Below are positions 1-11,988 of a stretch of 64,000 bases of DNA, piece after piece. Made by a program: the position numbers and the translations under genes. The DNA lies in contig BFEA01000001.1 of the NCBI GenBank assembly GCA_003427395.1, positions 1,482,716 through 1,546,715 of the forward strand, in the 5' to 3' direction. The stretch is from Chara braunii. Lineage: Eukaryota > Plantae > Charophyceae. Each line of letters begins with the position of its first letter. Positions within the stretch are counted from its first letter, which is position 1. The notes beneath the pieces were generated by a model. That model saw only the letters and a program-made list of their open reading frames with translations. It had not been told where the DNA came from and made no database searches.

Positions 1-949
1 CCCCCCCCCCCCCAACTCCCACTTCAATCTTTGTCTCTTTCTCACCTATTTCTCTCTTTCTTCTTTCGCTCTTTCATCCCCCTCCCCCCCAACTTCGATT
101 TTTTTTCCATTTTTCTTCTTTTCGTCTTTCCTCTTGATTTAAATTCCATCTTTTCTTCAAAATTTTGAATTCTCTTATTTACTTTTTTTTTCATTTTTCT
201 CATTTTTTTTATTTTTATTTTTATTTATTATGAAAATTTGAATTTTTCTGCGGCACCTCTGTATTTGTTTAGGACTTTGTTATTTCAGCTCTCTGTGCAA
301 ATTTTGACCCCGTGTGGGTAACAAAGTGCTACCGAAATTTTCTCTTTTCTCCCTACTCTCTCATCTTACCAAGTCATATCGTTTGCCGGCACATTTCGAT
401 CCCATGGGAGTAACGAAATCTTGTCGAAATTTCAAAAATCCAACACTTAGTTTCCACTCTCCACCTCCTCATTTATTTATTTATTTATTATTTCTTTTTT
501 TATTTTTTTGAAATTTATAATTTGTGGCATTTTAAACCTTAGTGTGCTTATCTTGGTTTCTCCTTCCTCTTGGCACATTTTTTAACCCCATGGGGGGTAG
601 GGAAATGCTGCCAGAAATTCCCAAAAAATAAATATTATTTATCTCTTCACATTTTGTTTATTTTTTTTTTTTAACTATTGTTATTATTTATTTTTTTTTA
701 TTTTTATTTCGAAATTTCGTCGTCTATTTATTTTTCTTTCCCCCTCCCCTCCATAGTGGCTATTTTTTCTTCTTGATTAGGTCGCCGCTACCCTACCCTA
801 ACCACCAAAACTCCGATTAGGGTTTTTTTAGGGTTTCTTTAAGGTTTAGGGTTCTCCTAACCCCCCTCCTCTCCCGCCTCCTCCCGTCGGGCACCCTGGA
901 CCCGAACGACTCCTCTCCCTTCCACCGGATTCGCGCCATCATCTCACGC

Positions 950-3110
950 GTGATCCACTGGTCACGGAGTGAGCCAACTCACAACTACCCGCTCCGCTCC
1001 CGCGCTCCCCTCCCTCTCACCGGTGGTCCCCTACCGGTGGTCCCCTATCCCTACGCCATAACCCATTTCCTTCCCCACCTCTTTCTCCACCTTCCGCCAT
1101 ATCTACCACCATGCGTCCACTACTCACGGACGGGGCTACAGCCGAGGAGATCGTTGTGGCGCCCTCCGTCTCTCAGGCGCCAACCCAACCGACGTTCCAG
1201 GGTCAGCACTTTGTGGACCCCACGGACCTTCGTCCCTCCTTGCACCTCTGCATGCACGACTTGATGGCTTGCACCCTCGGAGAGGCAAGTAAATGTGCTC
1301 GCCCTTGAAGTCCACCGCCTCAAGGGTTCTCCTCATCGCTCTCCCCACCGCTCTCAAACTTCATCCCCTATCAGCTCAGAGTCCAGCTCTCCACGACTCT
1401 AGAGACAGAGACGTGGTGGCTCGTCCTCCTCCGCGGGTCAGGCTCAACACTCCCCCTCCGCGGTGGTGATTTTTGCCGCCGCTCAGCCCATACCATCTGT
1501 TGCGGTACACTCGTCGACCACTGTTGCCCCTGCTGCTTTGGCCACTACCGTCGGTGCTGCTGCCCAGATACCGGTATCTGGCCAGATAATTTCATCTACT
1601 CATCTCGGTATGGCTTCCCAACTTCCCGCTTTGGTCCCGACACTACGGACCGGAGTTCTCCCTCCTCCCATCCTCTCCTCACTCCCACCCCATGGTCCCC
1701 TGAAGTTCGTTCCTCCTCTTTCCGCTAGAGCACCCTCTCCGCCGCCTCATCCTCCAACCTCGTGCACCCAGCGAGTGGCTACTTTGCAGGCCACCATTGC
1801 GCAGCTCCAGGCGGAGATTCTCTCCTTGAGACAGCCTCACCCTTCACAGGTTGCTCACCCTTCTTCTTCTTACACCGCCTCTCCCACCTCTGTCTTGCCG
1901 GCTCATTTCCCTTAACCGACTCCCCCCCCTCTACCCTCCTACCTCTCCACTCCGTCACAACTGGCTGCGGCTGTTGCCTCCACCCCAGCTAGACCTTCCA
2001 CCACCAGCCCCGGCTCAAAGCTTGCGACCACTTCCACCTCTGCACCGGGCCCGGTATTTGCCGCCTCAATGCAGGCCCATCAACCGCTCTCCCCTCGCCG
2101 TAAGTACAGCGGTCCCACCCTTGTGCGGCTGTCAGATATACCCGACGTTTATAGGCTGCCACACGTACGTTTACACTGACCAACACTAGTCAGAGCTTGT
2201 GGTGCTCTATGCTCGCCTAAATTGCGAGGCAGCGAGTTCTCCAGTTGGGAGAAATATTATACCCATCGTACTCACTCAGATGAGGTTCCCACTCTCGTGA
2301 ATTTCACCGCGTTCCTTCATGGCCGCTACGACACTCTCCACGATGCGACCGACGTCCTAGGTTGGGTCACAAAGACGCATTGGCACGGGTCCTCCGCACC
2401 CGCGGACCTACACTGTTACATCCAAGTGTTTCAGGATGCCCACCTCATTTCGATGAGGCACTCCTACTTGAGGTCCTTTTGACCAACAGGTTCGTCGTCA
2501 GTCTTCCGACTGAGTACTGCATTGAGCTCTAGCGACAAAGCTTTGCCTCCTCCGAGCAGGCCTACGACGAGGTTACTCGACAGTACCAGAAGATGTGGAG
2601 TCGGTTCTCCGATGCCCCATCTTCGCCGCCACGACCCAATCATGCGGTGCTACTCGCGGTCGATCCTCTTTCGCCGACCGCTTTCGACGACCGCTTTCGA
2701 CGACCAGCTCCATCTGGAGCATCATTCTCTCAGCGCTACAGTTCTCTCGAGTATGGCGAGGACGCCTCAGCCGACCTCGATCCTACCCTTGGGGACGCCC
2801 CCGAGGACATCGAGCTTTGGGACGTTATCCAGTACCACTTGGATGACGACACTGTCCCGATGGCCGAGCGCTTACAAACGGCCATGTCCGCCATGGGTCA
2901 TGCGCGGCCATGTCCGCCATGGGTCATGCGCGGTCGGGTTACTAAGGTTGGCGGCTGCACATTCACGGTCCCTTAGATAGACCTCCAGCAGGGTTTCGCC
3001 CCTCCTCGTCAAGCTCTATCCCCTGAAGAGTGCGCCGCCCTCGAGACCCGTCGCAGTTGCCTCCGTTGCCCCCAGGATTGACACACCTTCTCCCGGTGTC
3101 CAAACCATGC
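950..3110 (+). pseudogene. gag: Gypsy-1 gag (Pro/Ser-rich N-terminus, frameshifted) with CCHC zinc knuckle
   Basis: Broken ORFs at 1463-1915, 2222-2482 and 2593-2976. Bases 3058-3099 translate as CLRCPQD*HTFSRC (CX2CX4HX4C). Confidence 0.7.
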
Positions 3111-3584
3111 CGCCCTCGATCGACACTGTGCTGACATTTCTCGTCAGCATCCATCTCAGTCCCCCCCCGGCCCCGCCCGGCCAGCCCCATCCAGCTAGCC
3201 ACGGTGTCGTGTACCGCTGAGGCCTCGCACATAGCCGGCTTCTCGACCACCAAGTCGCAGTTTGCCCCTTTGGCTACCCCACCAGAGGATCCTTCGGACA
3301 CGACAGACGCAATTCCCTCTGCCCCACCGTCTGTTGAGGTACCGTCTACTCCACAATAGACCGCCGTATCTTTAGTCCTTCCCCTCTGAGACTTCCGACG
3401 TGTCGCGCTATTCGCACAACTCCTCGTAGCTCTCAGCTGGCGACTCACGATGACGTTGTGTCATCTCTCATGGATTTGAGCATCCTGCAGGCGAGTAAGG
3501 AGCGACCCACGAGACACACGAACGCCTTCGCCGTCTTCTCACTCTGCTCTCTGACTCTGATCGCACCCTCCCCATCATTCCTAT

Positions 3585-6500
3585 GTGCTTGGGGACATCT
3601 ATGAGGGTGTATCGCGCTTTATAGGACTCCAGCTCGCAGGGAGATTTCATTCACCCTCTCGTGGTTGGTGGCTCGTCTGGCTACCTCCAGATCTCACTCC
3701 CCTATCTTTGTTACCCTCGGAGATAACGAGATGCAACGCTTTTTCTATTAGACGGTCCCCGACCTCCACTTTTCCCTCACCCTCCAGCCACCGGATAGTA
3801 CCCAAGCGCCTCGACGCTACCATTCCTCTGCATACTTCGACATGGTGGAGACTGGGTACGACTTTATCCTTGGCACTCCCTGGTCTCGCCGGTTCCATGG
3901 CACAGAGGCCGAATAGGCGACCGAGACACTCGTTCTCAAAATGAAGTGTGGTCAAACCCATCGAGTCCCCTTCATTGGAACCACGGGCAACACCCCTCCC
4001 GACCTACCTCCCCAAAACCCTCGTTCCTCCTCGTTAGTTTGCTCACTTTATACAACAGGAGAACGTCACATTCTACTCAGTGAACGTCATGGATCTTCTT
4101 CGCTATAATCCACTATGTCGTGAGGTTGAGATCATCTCTCTGGAGCCCGATCCCCCTGACCCTTGATCCATCTTTGCGGCCTTCATCTCTACATCCAACC
4201 CTCAGCCTGCGGATACCCCCTCGACATCCTCGGTCCCTATGTCGTTCACTGTTAAGCCCATCCCTACGTCTTGTGCCAACACAGACATTGAGGAACTCAT
4301 GCGGTTAACAGTCGACTTAGAGCCCGCCGTTCACGATTTAATTCGAGAGTACTGCAACGTTTTCCCCCCGTATTTCTCATACAGTGGGATCCCTCCGATG
4401 CGAGGTGTTGAGCATTCTTTCTAGCTCGTGCCTGACTATCGTGTCCACCATCAGATAACCTACCGACTCTCGATTCCAAAGGCGACAGAACTCGAGCGTG
4501 AGCTTTAGGAGCTCCTTCAACTCGGTTTCATTAAACCCAGTAACTCCCCTTGGGGTGCACCCGTCCTCTTTGCTCGCGTAGTGGACGAAACTCTTCGCCT
4601 CTAAATTGACTATCGCGGCCTTAAACCACTAGTACCTTTGCAGCGTGGGAAAATAGCGGGTCTCGGCTGGGCCTCCGACCTTTTCGGATGGCCGACACGA
4701 AACGACAGTCGTCGATCAGATTTATCAATGGCAACCGTTGTCGGGCCCGGCCTCCGAATTTTCAGGAGTTTGGAAAAACTGGCAGTTTTCCCTAATTTCC
4801 CAACACTGGAGGAGGTACTAGTGGTTTAACCGTTATACACTTAAGAACAACTATCCCATGCCTCGTGCGGATGACTTGTTTGACCGTCTGGCAGGTAACC
4901 GCTTCTTCACGAAGACCGATCTTCGTAGCGGTTACCACCAGATACGCGTAGCCACAGAGGACCAGCCGAAGACCGCCTTTCGGTCGCGCTTCGGCCACTA
5001 CGAGTCATGGTGATGCCATTCGGCCTCACTAATGCACCCGCCACCTTCCAGATGATGACGAACGATATCTTCAGGAACATCCTTAAAGAATACGTTCTCG
5101 TATACCTGGACGCCATCGTAGTCAACAGTCATATCTTAGAAGACCATCTCGAACACCTCCGCAATGTCCTACCACGCTTACGCAAGCATGACTTTTATGC
5201 CAAGCTTAGCAAGTGTTGCTTTGCCCAGAGTAAAGTGGACTTCCTAGGACACCATGTGTCTGACCAGGGTCTCCACATAGACGACGTGAAGATCACTGCT
5301 ATTGCAGTATGGCCCGTCCCCACATCCGTCAAGCAGCTTTGCAGTTTCCTAGGCCTTACTAGTTACTATCGTAATTTAATCCAGGGATACGCTAGGTATT
5401 CCCATGTCCTTACCTCCACCCTCCTCCGAAAGAACCCGCCGTGGTTTCGAACACCCCTCCGCGAGGACGCCTTTCGCGCCCTCAAGAAGGCGGTGACTTG
5501 TGCGCTGGTTCTTCGCCTCCACGATTTTGATCGTCCCTTCATAGTCACCACTTATGCATCAGATTTTGCAGTAGGAGCTATACTCTCTCAAGTGTTTCCC
5601 TCTCGTCCTGATTCACCTTATCCCCATGATCCTCCTTCCCCCCCCCCNNNNNNNNNNNNNNNNNNNNNNNNNNNNNNNNNNNNNNNNNNNNNNNNNNNNN
5701 NNNNNNNNNNNNNNNNNNNNNNNNNNNCCCCCCCCCCCCCCCCCTCCTACTATCCTCCCACCACTTCCCTCCACTGACAGTCCTCCAGTTACTTACTCCC
5801 CGACCATCGCGGAGGATGGGACTGTTGAGGCTCGTGCTCGGGGCTGCCCGATCGCTTTCTACTCCGTCAGCTACTGCCTGCCGAGATAAACATTGTCGAT
5901 GAACATGAGGTTCTCGCAGTAGTTTATGCTACCCAGCATTGGTGTCATTCTCTGCACGGGGCGCTCTTCACTATGCGCACGGGCAACTCAATTGTCTAGG
6001 CTTTCCTCACGAAGCCCAAGCTTTCCCCTCGACAAGCACGCTGGTGGCGTGATTTATTCGAGTTCAGGTTCACCACTCAGCCCATCAAGGGTGAACCGAA
6101 CTGCGTCGTTGATGCCTTGTCCCGTCGTCCTGATCACAATAGTGAACCCATCCATCTTGCTGCCATCTCCATCACCACTGTTGATCAGTCGATGATCAAC
6201 GCATATCGAACTCAGTACCGCCACTGCCCGGATTATCTCGTCATCCACACGGCACTGCAGAGTGGCAAGACCATTCCCTCATACTCACTCGGTGAGAACA
6301 ACCTCGTGTATTGGCATGGCAGATCTGGTCAACTAGAACCACGTATCTGCGCTCCCTCCACCGGACAGCTCCGTGTCCAGGCTGTCGCAGAGTTCCATGA
6401 CCAGGCAGTTGCCGGTCATATGAGCTTCCACAAGACGTTGGCTCGCATTCGCCGCCTATACGTGTGGCCGAAGTCCAAGGACTTCGTCAAAGACTGCATC

Positions 6501-6797
6501 CAGGAGTGTCCTACCTGCCAGGAAGCGAAAAGTGCGAACCACCTTCCGTAGGGGTTACTTCAGCCCATACCCATACCTGAGGGGCGTTGGCAGACCATCT
6601 CAATGGATTTCATTGGTCCCCTTCTTCCACCTACTTAGCGAGGTCATGATGCTATCTTGGTCGTCGTTAATCGCTTCACGAAGTAGGCACGCTTTGTCCC
6701 ATGCCGCTATCGCATTCGCGCTCGCGAGGTCGCCAATATCGTCTTCGACCGAATCGTGAGAGATCATGGCTTACCTCAGAGCATCATCTCCGACCGT
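3585..6797 (+). pseudogene. pol: Gypsy-1 pol, part 1: protease, reverse transcriptase, RNase H, integrase N-terminus
   Basis: Motifs [42 protein letters not shown] (YxDD), SFLGLTSYYR, ASDFAVGAILSQ, and HHCC (H-DQAVAGH...CPTC), followed by ISMDF and SIISDR. Many stops and frameshifts. Confidence 0.92.
4625..4825. mobile_element. 201-bp MITE with TTAA target-site duplication (piggyBac/Kolobok-type target)
   Basis: TTAA at 4621-4624 and 4826-4829. TIR ACCACTAGTACCT / AGGTACTAGTGGT, extending imperfectly to ~30 bp. Removing the insert restores the RT motif DYRGLNRYTLKN. Confidence 0.9.
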
Positions 6798-8677
6798 TGT
6801 GAGGAGACCCGGGGAGGGTGACACCTGTCCACTACCGAAGCCACTCGCAACAGTGTTTGTCACCCACTGCGCCCGCTTCCGAGGTCCTCGACAACAGACA
6901 AGGAGAGGGGGGTTTAAACGCCTGTCTCGCCTCCACTTTTGACCTGATACTGAACAACCCTTTTCGCAGACTGAAAAGCGAATGGAAACAAACAGAAAAA
7001 AAACTACTCCATATGCCCTACAGATCTGCTACCTAGGCTGAAGTCCCTCCTCTCAGGAGCCTGCTTGCAGGTTCACAAATTTGCAGGGGCAAACTTGAAA
7101 TAGACATCACGAAAAAAAAAAGAAAAAAAAAAAAAGGAAATGCACTTAATCAGCTGGGAGTAATCTTTGAATGGGTGAGCAACAGGGACAAAAAAATTGA
7201 CATGCTAGGGCCAAACATGCTGTGTTCAAGAAACCATAGGGGCATTTGCGAAAGTTTTTCATTACAGAGGTAGGCCTGCATATGTACCCAGAACAGTGGG
7301 GGTATATGTGTCTTGACAGTAGGCGAAGACGTGCATTCTAAAAAAAAAGCGCTCCAGGCCTTGGTCTAACTTGGGCAAGTGTCCAGAGTCTGGGCACTGG
7401 TTGCCTCCTAGGCAACAAAGTTTGCACTTCGAAGTCCCACTTACAATCATTCACTCATCATCCACGGAGTAAGCAAATATACCTTGACTATGAGCAGATG
7501 TCGTGCACTTGATCACCATTCTTACCATGCTGTTGTTTCGTGAACACTCTCTCTCTTTCTCTCTCTTCCACACTCTCTTTGTTACCGTTTCTCGTGTTTC
7601 CTCTTGGTCTCTCTCAGTCTCCCCTTCCCTGTTTGTCTTTCCCTTCTTCTTTCCCCTGTACTCCCGCCGCTTTAACCTGTGCCGGACTCCGAAAACCGCT
7701 TTGTTATAATTACTCCTCTCCCACAAACGTGTTGCATTACGTCCAAATGTTCCCCAAAGGAAGATCGGAACGGTCAGATGGTGTGTTCTCAAGTGCCCCT
7801 CGTTCCTACATAGTCCGATTTTGAAGGAGGTGCAAGGAAGATGAGCAATAGCGAACTTCAACAATCAAACAACATCATACACATGAGACCAGATAGTCGT
7901 GTCCTCGAACCAAAAGCAGAATTGCATCACAAGTTTCACCAATAAGAGCACACCAAAAGCTCATAATTGACAACGCTGGAATAGTCTCATCATCATCATC
8001 AACGAAGAACCAATGTTGATGTCCTATCTGGCGCTCGACGCCCAGACTACAAATGGCAGATCCTATCTAGCCTACTCTACAATGGCGTTGATGACGTCAA
8101 CAGCTCCCCGAAGTACGAGCAGATCTCGGCCAATGCCGCACGCTTCGAGCACCAAGTATATCTCTCGTATCACTCACAACCTCGTTCCCCAACTCACAGA
8201 TGCCACTTGCACCCAACGACCACCATACGCCCCATCCAACATACAGCAGCACATCTCGGCTATGGCTACCTGCTCCTTCCAGCTCGCCTGTGAGCGCGTG
8301 AGCCTGGCAGGCGATAGTGTAGCATCGCTTGCACACAAAGCAGCCAGTGCCCGAATGCCAAATGCGTAGGCTGGCCCTTTCCTAAATGGAAGTGGCCAGC
8401 CTGCTTGTGTGCAACCTGGCTGCGCTGGGTCGCTGCCAAGAAGCTTCCAGTAGGCCCAGGGAGGCTGAGCCTCAGACCAAACGAATCAGGCCCAGGGCCA
8501 CCGACAGTTACCCATGCCCAACTGCCCGCTGTCTGAGTTGGGCCTATGCTGCGTATCTCGCCCAGGGCCTGACTTAGATATAGTCAATAAAGGAGGCCAG
8601 GGCCTGGGCGCCTTCAACCAACTGCCACTGCGCAACTGCCTGAATTCTCCCCCAGTTGCGAAGTAGTCAGAAATGGG

Positions 8678-11668
8678 TCTACTTAGGGCCAGTTTTTCGG
8701 CGTTGGACCGCGATACTGCATCACAACGCAACCACGTGCGTTCAAATCAATGGAAGGATAGCGCCGCCCTTCCAGTTGCAGCGGTCGGTCCGTCAAGGGG
8801 ACCCTCTGACACCCTTCTTGTTCATAATAGTAATGGAGGCATTGGCAGCAAATCTCCGAACTAACAAAGACCTGAGGAAGTTGCAGATCTCGGCTATCCC
8901 AGAAAAAGCGATCCCGATCTATTCGATGTTTGCGGATGATCTGACACTAATGGTCGACGCAACGACAACAAANATGGAAGAGATCAGGCGATTGTTCGAC
9001 CGGTTCACTTCAGTCTCAGACATGACGGTCAACTGGGGAAATAAAACCCTGGGCTGGTGGATCCACCATCAAGGGGCCCGCCCCCCCGAGCGTCCGCAGG
9101 TCAAATGGCTGCCAGACACGACCCCAGTCAAGGTACTGAGAATCATGCTGACAGCACTAGGGAAACCAGAATCAAATGACGAATGGATCCTAAAGCCTGC
9201 CCTAGAAAAAAAGGCACACCGGAAGGGCCGTCATACCTCTCTCATTGGCAGGGCATTGGCAATCAACAGTATGGTACTGGCGGCACTCTGGTATAAATCT
9301 GCAATCTGGGTACTCAGCAAGGAGGCCATTCGGTCACTCAAGCGCCAGGTGACAGCCCTGCTATGGAGAGGAGATGGAGAACTTCCAAATGTTATTAGCA
9401 GGGTAGCATGCACTTCAGTAATACAACCTAAAGAAAAAGGGGGTCTGGGGATCCTGGACCCTGACACCTAGTTCAAGGCGCTAACAATCCAATGGATCTG
9501 GAGACTGCTATTTACACAACACCTCCCATGGAAAGCCCTAGCTTTGGAACAAATAGCTAGGCTCGCCCCACAGGCTCCACGGGGAGTCAGTCCACTAACC
9601 TGGCTGGATGACCTCTACTGGACAATACCGCGATCCCGACGAATCGGGCAAGCGCCAGACCGAGGTACAACCCGCTCGGATCTGGCCAGGGATGACTTCT
9701 GGACCAGAGTTCTGCACGCTTGGCGACAACTCCCGCTGCCCGATACACCCCCTCCGACCAGATGGGAAGAGGTGGCACGCCAACCCCTTTTTTGGAAATA
9801 GGCGTATAACAGACCGGAACAGCCGTGTGTACTGTAGTTCAAGCACCCCATGGAACAGCTGGGTAAAAAAAGGTATAATCAGAGTTAAAGATCTGTGGGA
9901 CACACAAGTGGGAGACTGGAAGACTGCACAGCAGCTCAGGACCACACTTAAGTATTGTCACAAAGTGGAGGAACACATTGAAACTTTGATTTTCGCCATA
10001 CCTCTGGATTGGGTCCGAATCCTGCGCAAAGGACAGCGGTTGGCAGAAGGGGACTGGGTAGCAGCCCCGGGCGATCCGGAGAGTGTAGGTAATGTGATAG
10101 AGGTACGTGCAGAAGAAACCCTCGCCGCCCTTTTCCACATTGGAAAGAACAGCGTGCTCACTAGGTACACCCCGGAGGTGATAAGATGTTGGAGGAACTC
10201 TGACCTGCATAGGATCCGTGTGATACAGGACAAAGAATTGTAGATCGCATACCAGCCCAACACCCCCGTGGCTGAGCTCCCAATGGACCCCGAGGAGTAG
10301 CAGTGGTCCCCCCAGCACAAACGCAGAAACGAGGAGAACAAGAAGCTGCACACCCTAACGGTGAAAGCCACCTATCGGCTGCTGCGACCGAAAGTGAACA
10401 TAAAGGAAAAGGTGAAACATCGATGGAGGTCCCACCTGAATCTGGGAATTGAAGCAATCCGGCCCATCAGATGGTTCTCCACGACCAAGTCCAGGCCGGC
10501 GAAGATGGCCTCACTACAATGGCAGATCGAACACCGATGCCTGCCCACCAACGACTGGTTAATTGACCGTACTTATTTAGAACAGAAGGGATGGGCGCTG
10601 CCATGGTGTAAATCGTGCCACACGGCCTTTCCCTCCCGCAAAATCCCGAAAACCATTGAGCATATCTTTATGCAATGCCCGGGAGCGGTGCTGACATGGC
10701 GGTGGTGGGATAGGATTTGGACACGGCTTGCCACAGGCTCCAGCTGGCCATGGGATTGGAGAGCCATTTTGTGTGAAACATGGTCCTCCCCCACGGACAG
10801 CACCTTTGAAAATGATATGTTCAAGTTGGGGAGGAGAGCTGTCATGTGGGTCCTCTGGTGAAAACGTTGTACCCTTGCAATAGAGGGGGTCCGCATAGCT
10901 GGAGAAGAAGTAACAGATGCGATAAAACAGTTCATCCAACAAGAACTCAGGGAGCAGTGGCAAAAAACAAAAAACAAACTGGATCTGTTTCAGACAGCCA
11001 AAGATATAAAAAAAGCAATTCTCTGGGGACTCGTTGGGCGGCGAAGACGGTGGCTGGATCGCAGCGGTTCGATGGGACAGCGCACCCGAGCAGGAACACC
11101 ACCAGGATGAGCTTAGGAGAGATTATTCTATCCACTTCAGAGATTGGACCACGGTGGGACAGGAGTTCCCACTGCGACCGCCCACTGATTTCCCGGACCC
11201 TTTCCCGCCCCACCAGCTGGCAATGGTTGACATGCAATGGTACGGAGCAGAGTGAGCAGTGCGGGAACAAAAGTCCTTTTAGTTACTTTCCCGAAAAGTT
11301 CCGGTTCAGGGACGCTGGACCCGGTTTCCAGCAGCACAGGGGATTGATAGGGCAGATGGAGGGAGGGACTAGTGTGCAGCAGTAGGTATCTGGCGCCGAC
11401 TTCAAGGTGAAGAGGTCCCCCCATCCCCCACTTCCTGCTCAGTCAATCCCCTGGATAACAGGGTATCCCCTGGATAACAGGGTAATCAATGCTGGCAGGA
11501 AAACTCTCACAACAGTATCTCTCTGACATATTCCAGCTTCATTTGTATATGGGACGCTGGGTCCGTTTTCCAGCAGGTGATGCTCCCCACCAATAGATGG
11601 AGCCTCCCCCCAGGTGCTAGTGTGGTGTCTGCTCTTATCAGCACCACTAACACTGGTGGGGGCGTTTT

Positions 11669-11710
<42 letters not shown>
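8678..11710 (+). mobile_element. 5'-truncated L1/Tx1-clade LINE (RT C-terminal half, zf-RVT, 3' UTR, poly(A))
   Basis: Motifs SVRQGDPLTPFLF, MFADD, PKEKGGLGI, and CKSC...EHIFMQC. Poly(A) from 11670. 12-bp TSD GTCAGAAATGGG at 8666-8677 and 11851-11862. Confidence 0.93.
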
Positions 11711-11715
<5 letters not shown>

Positions 11716-11781
11716 TTCAATTGGTCCTCCGGTTCTAGCACTGCCAACCCTCCCTGCGCTCCAGGCTGAGCAATGTATTTC

Positions 11782-11817
11782 CTGTCTCTTATACACATCT
11801 AGATGTGTATAAGAGAC
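11782..11817. other. Nextera mate-pair junction adapter (back-to-back Tn5 mosaic ends); assembly artefact
   Basis: Exact match CTGTCTCTTATACACATCT+AGATGTGTATAAGAGAC, followed by N, between two poly(A) runs. Confidence 0.97.
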
Positions 11818-11818
11818 N

Positions 11819-11853
<35 letters not shown>

Positions 11854-11955
11854 AGAAATGGGCCTCTTGTCGTCTGTCCGGCCTGCCTTCACTTAGGGCG
11901 GCCGACCTGTTGCAAGTAGGGGCACAGTAGGGCTTATCAAGGCCTATGCCTCGCA

Positions 11956-11968
11956 TTCCCTCCATACT
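11956..11968 (-). promoter_or_regulatory. Gypsy-2 polypurine tract
   Basis: The - strand reads GTATGGAGGGGAA immediately before the 3' LTR start TGCGAGG. Confidence 0.8.
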
Positions 11969-11988
11969 TCGCTAGTCCGTTGAGAAGT

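Larger units (their letters stand above)
7831..11955 (-). repeat. Gypsy-2 3' LTR (7831-8677 + 11863-11955), split by a LINE
   Basis: Direct repeat of 18721-19651 with high similarity by eye. Confidence 0.93.

Noticed and set aside
11446-11486. GGATAACAGGGTAAT, matching 15/18 of the I-SceI site and resembling an LSU rRNA motif, in a 19-bp tandem duplication
   Set aside because: The first three bases mismatch, there is no flanking rRNA or vector similarity, and it lies in the LINE 3' UTR. Most likely coincidence.
11782-11817. Tn5 mosaic ends as a real bacterial transposon or horizontal transfer
   Set aside because: Back-to-back synthetic mosaic ends next to an N are the Nextera mate-pair junction adapter.
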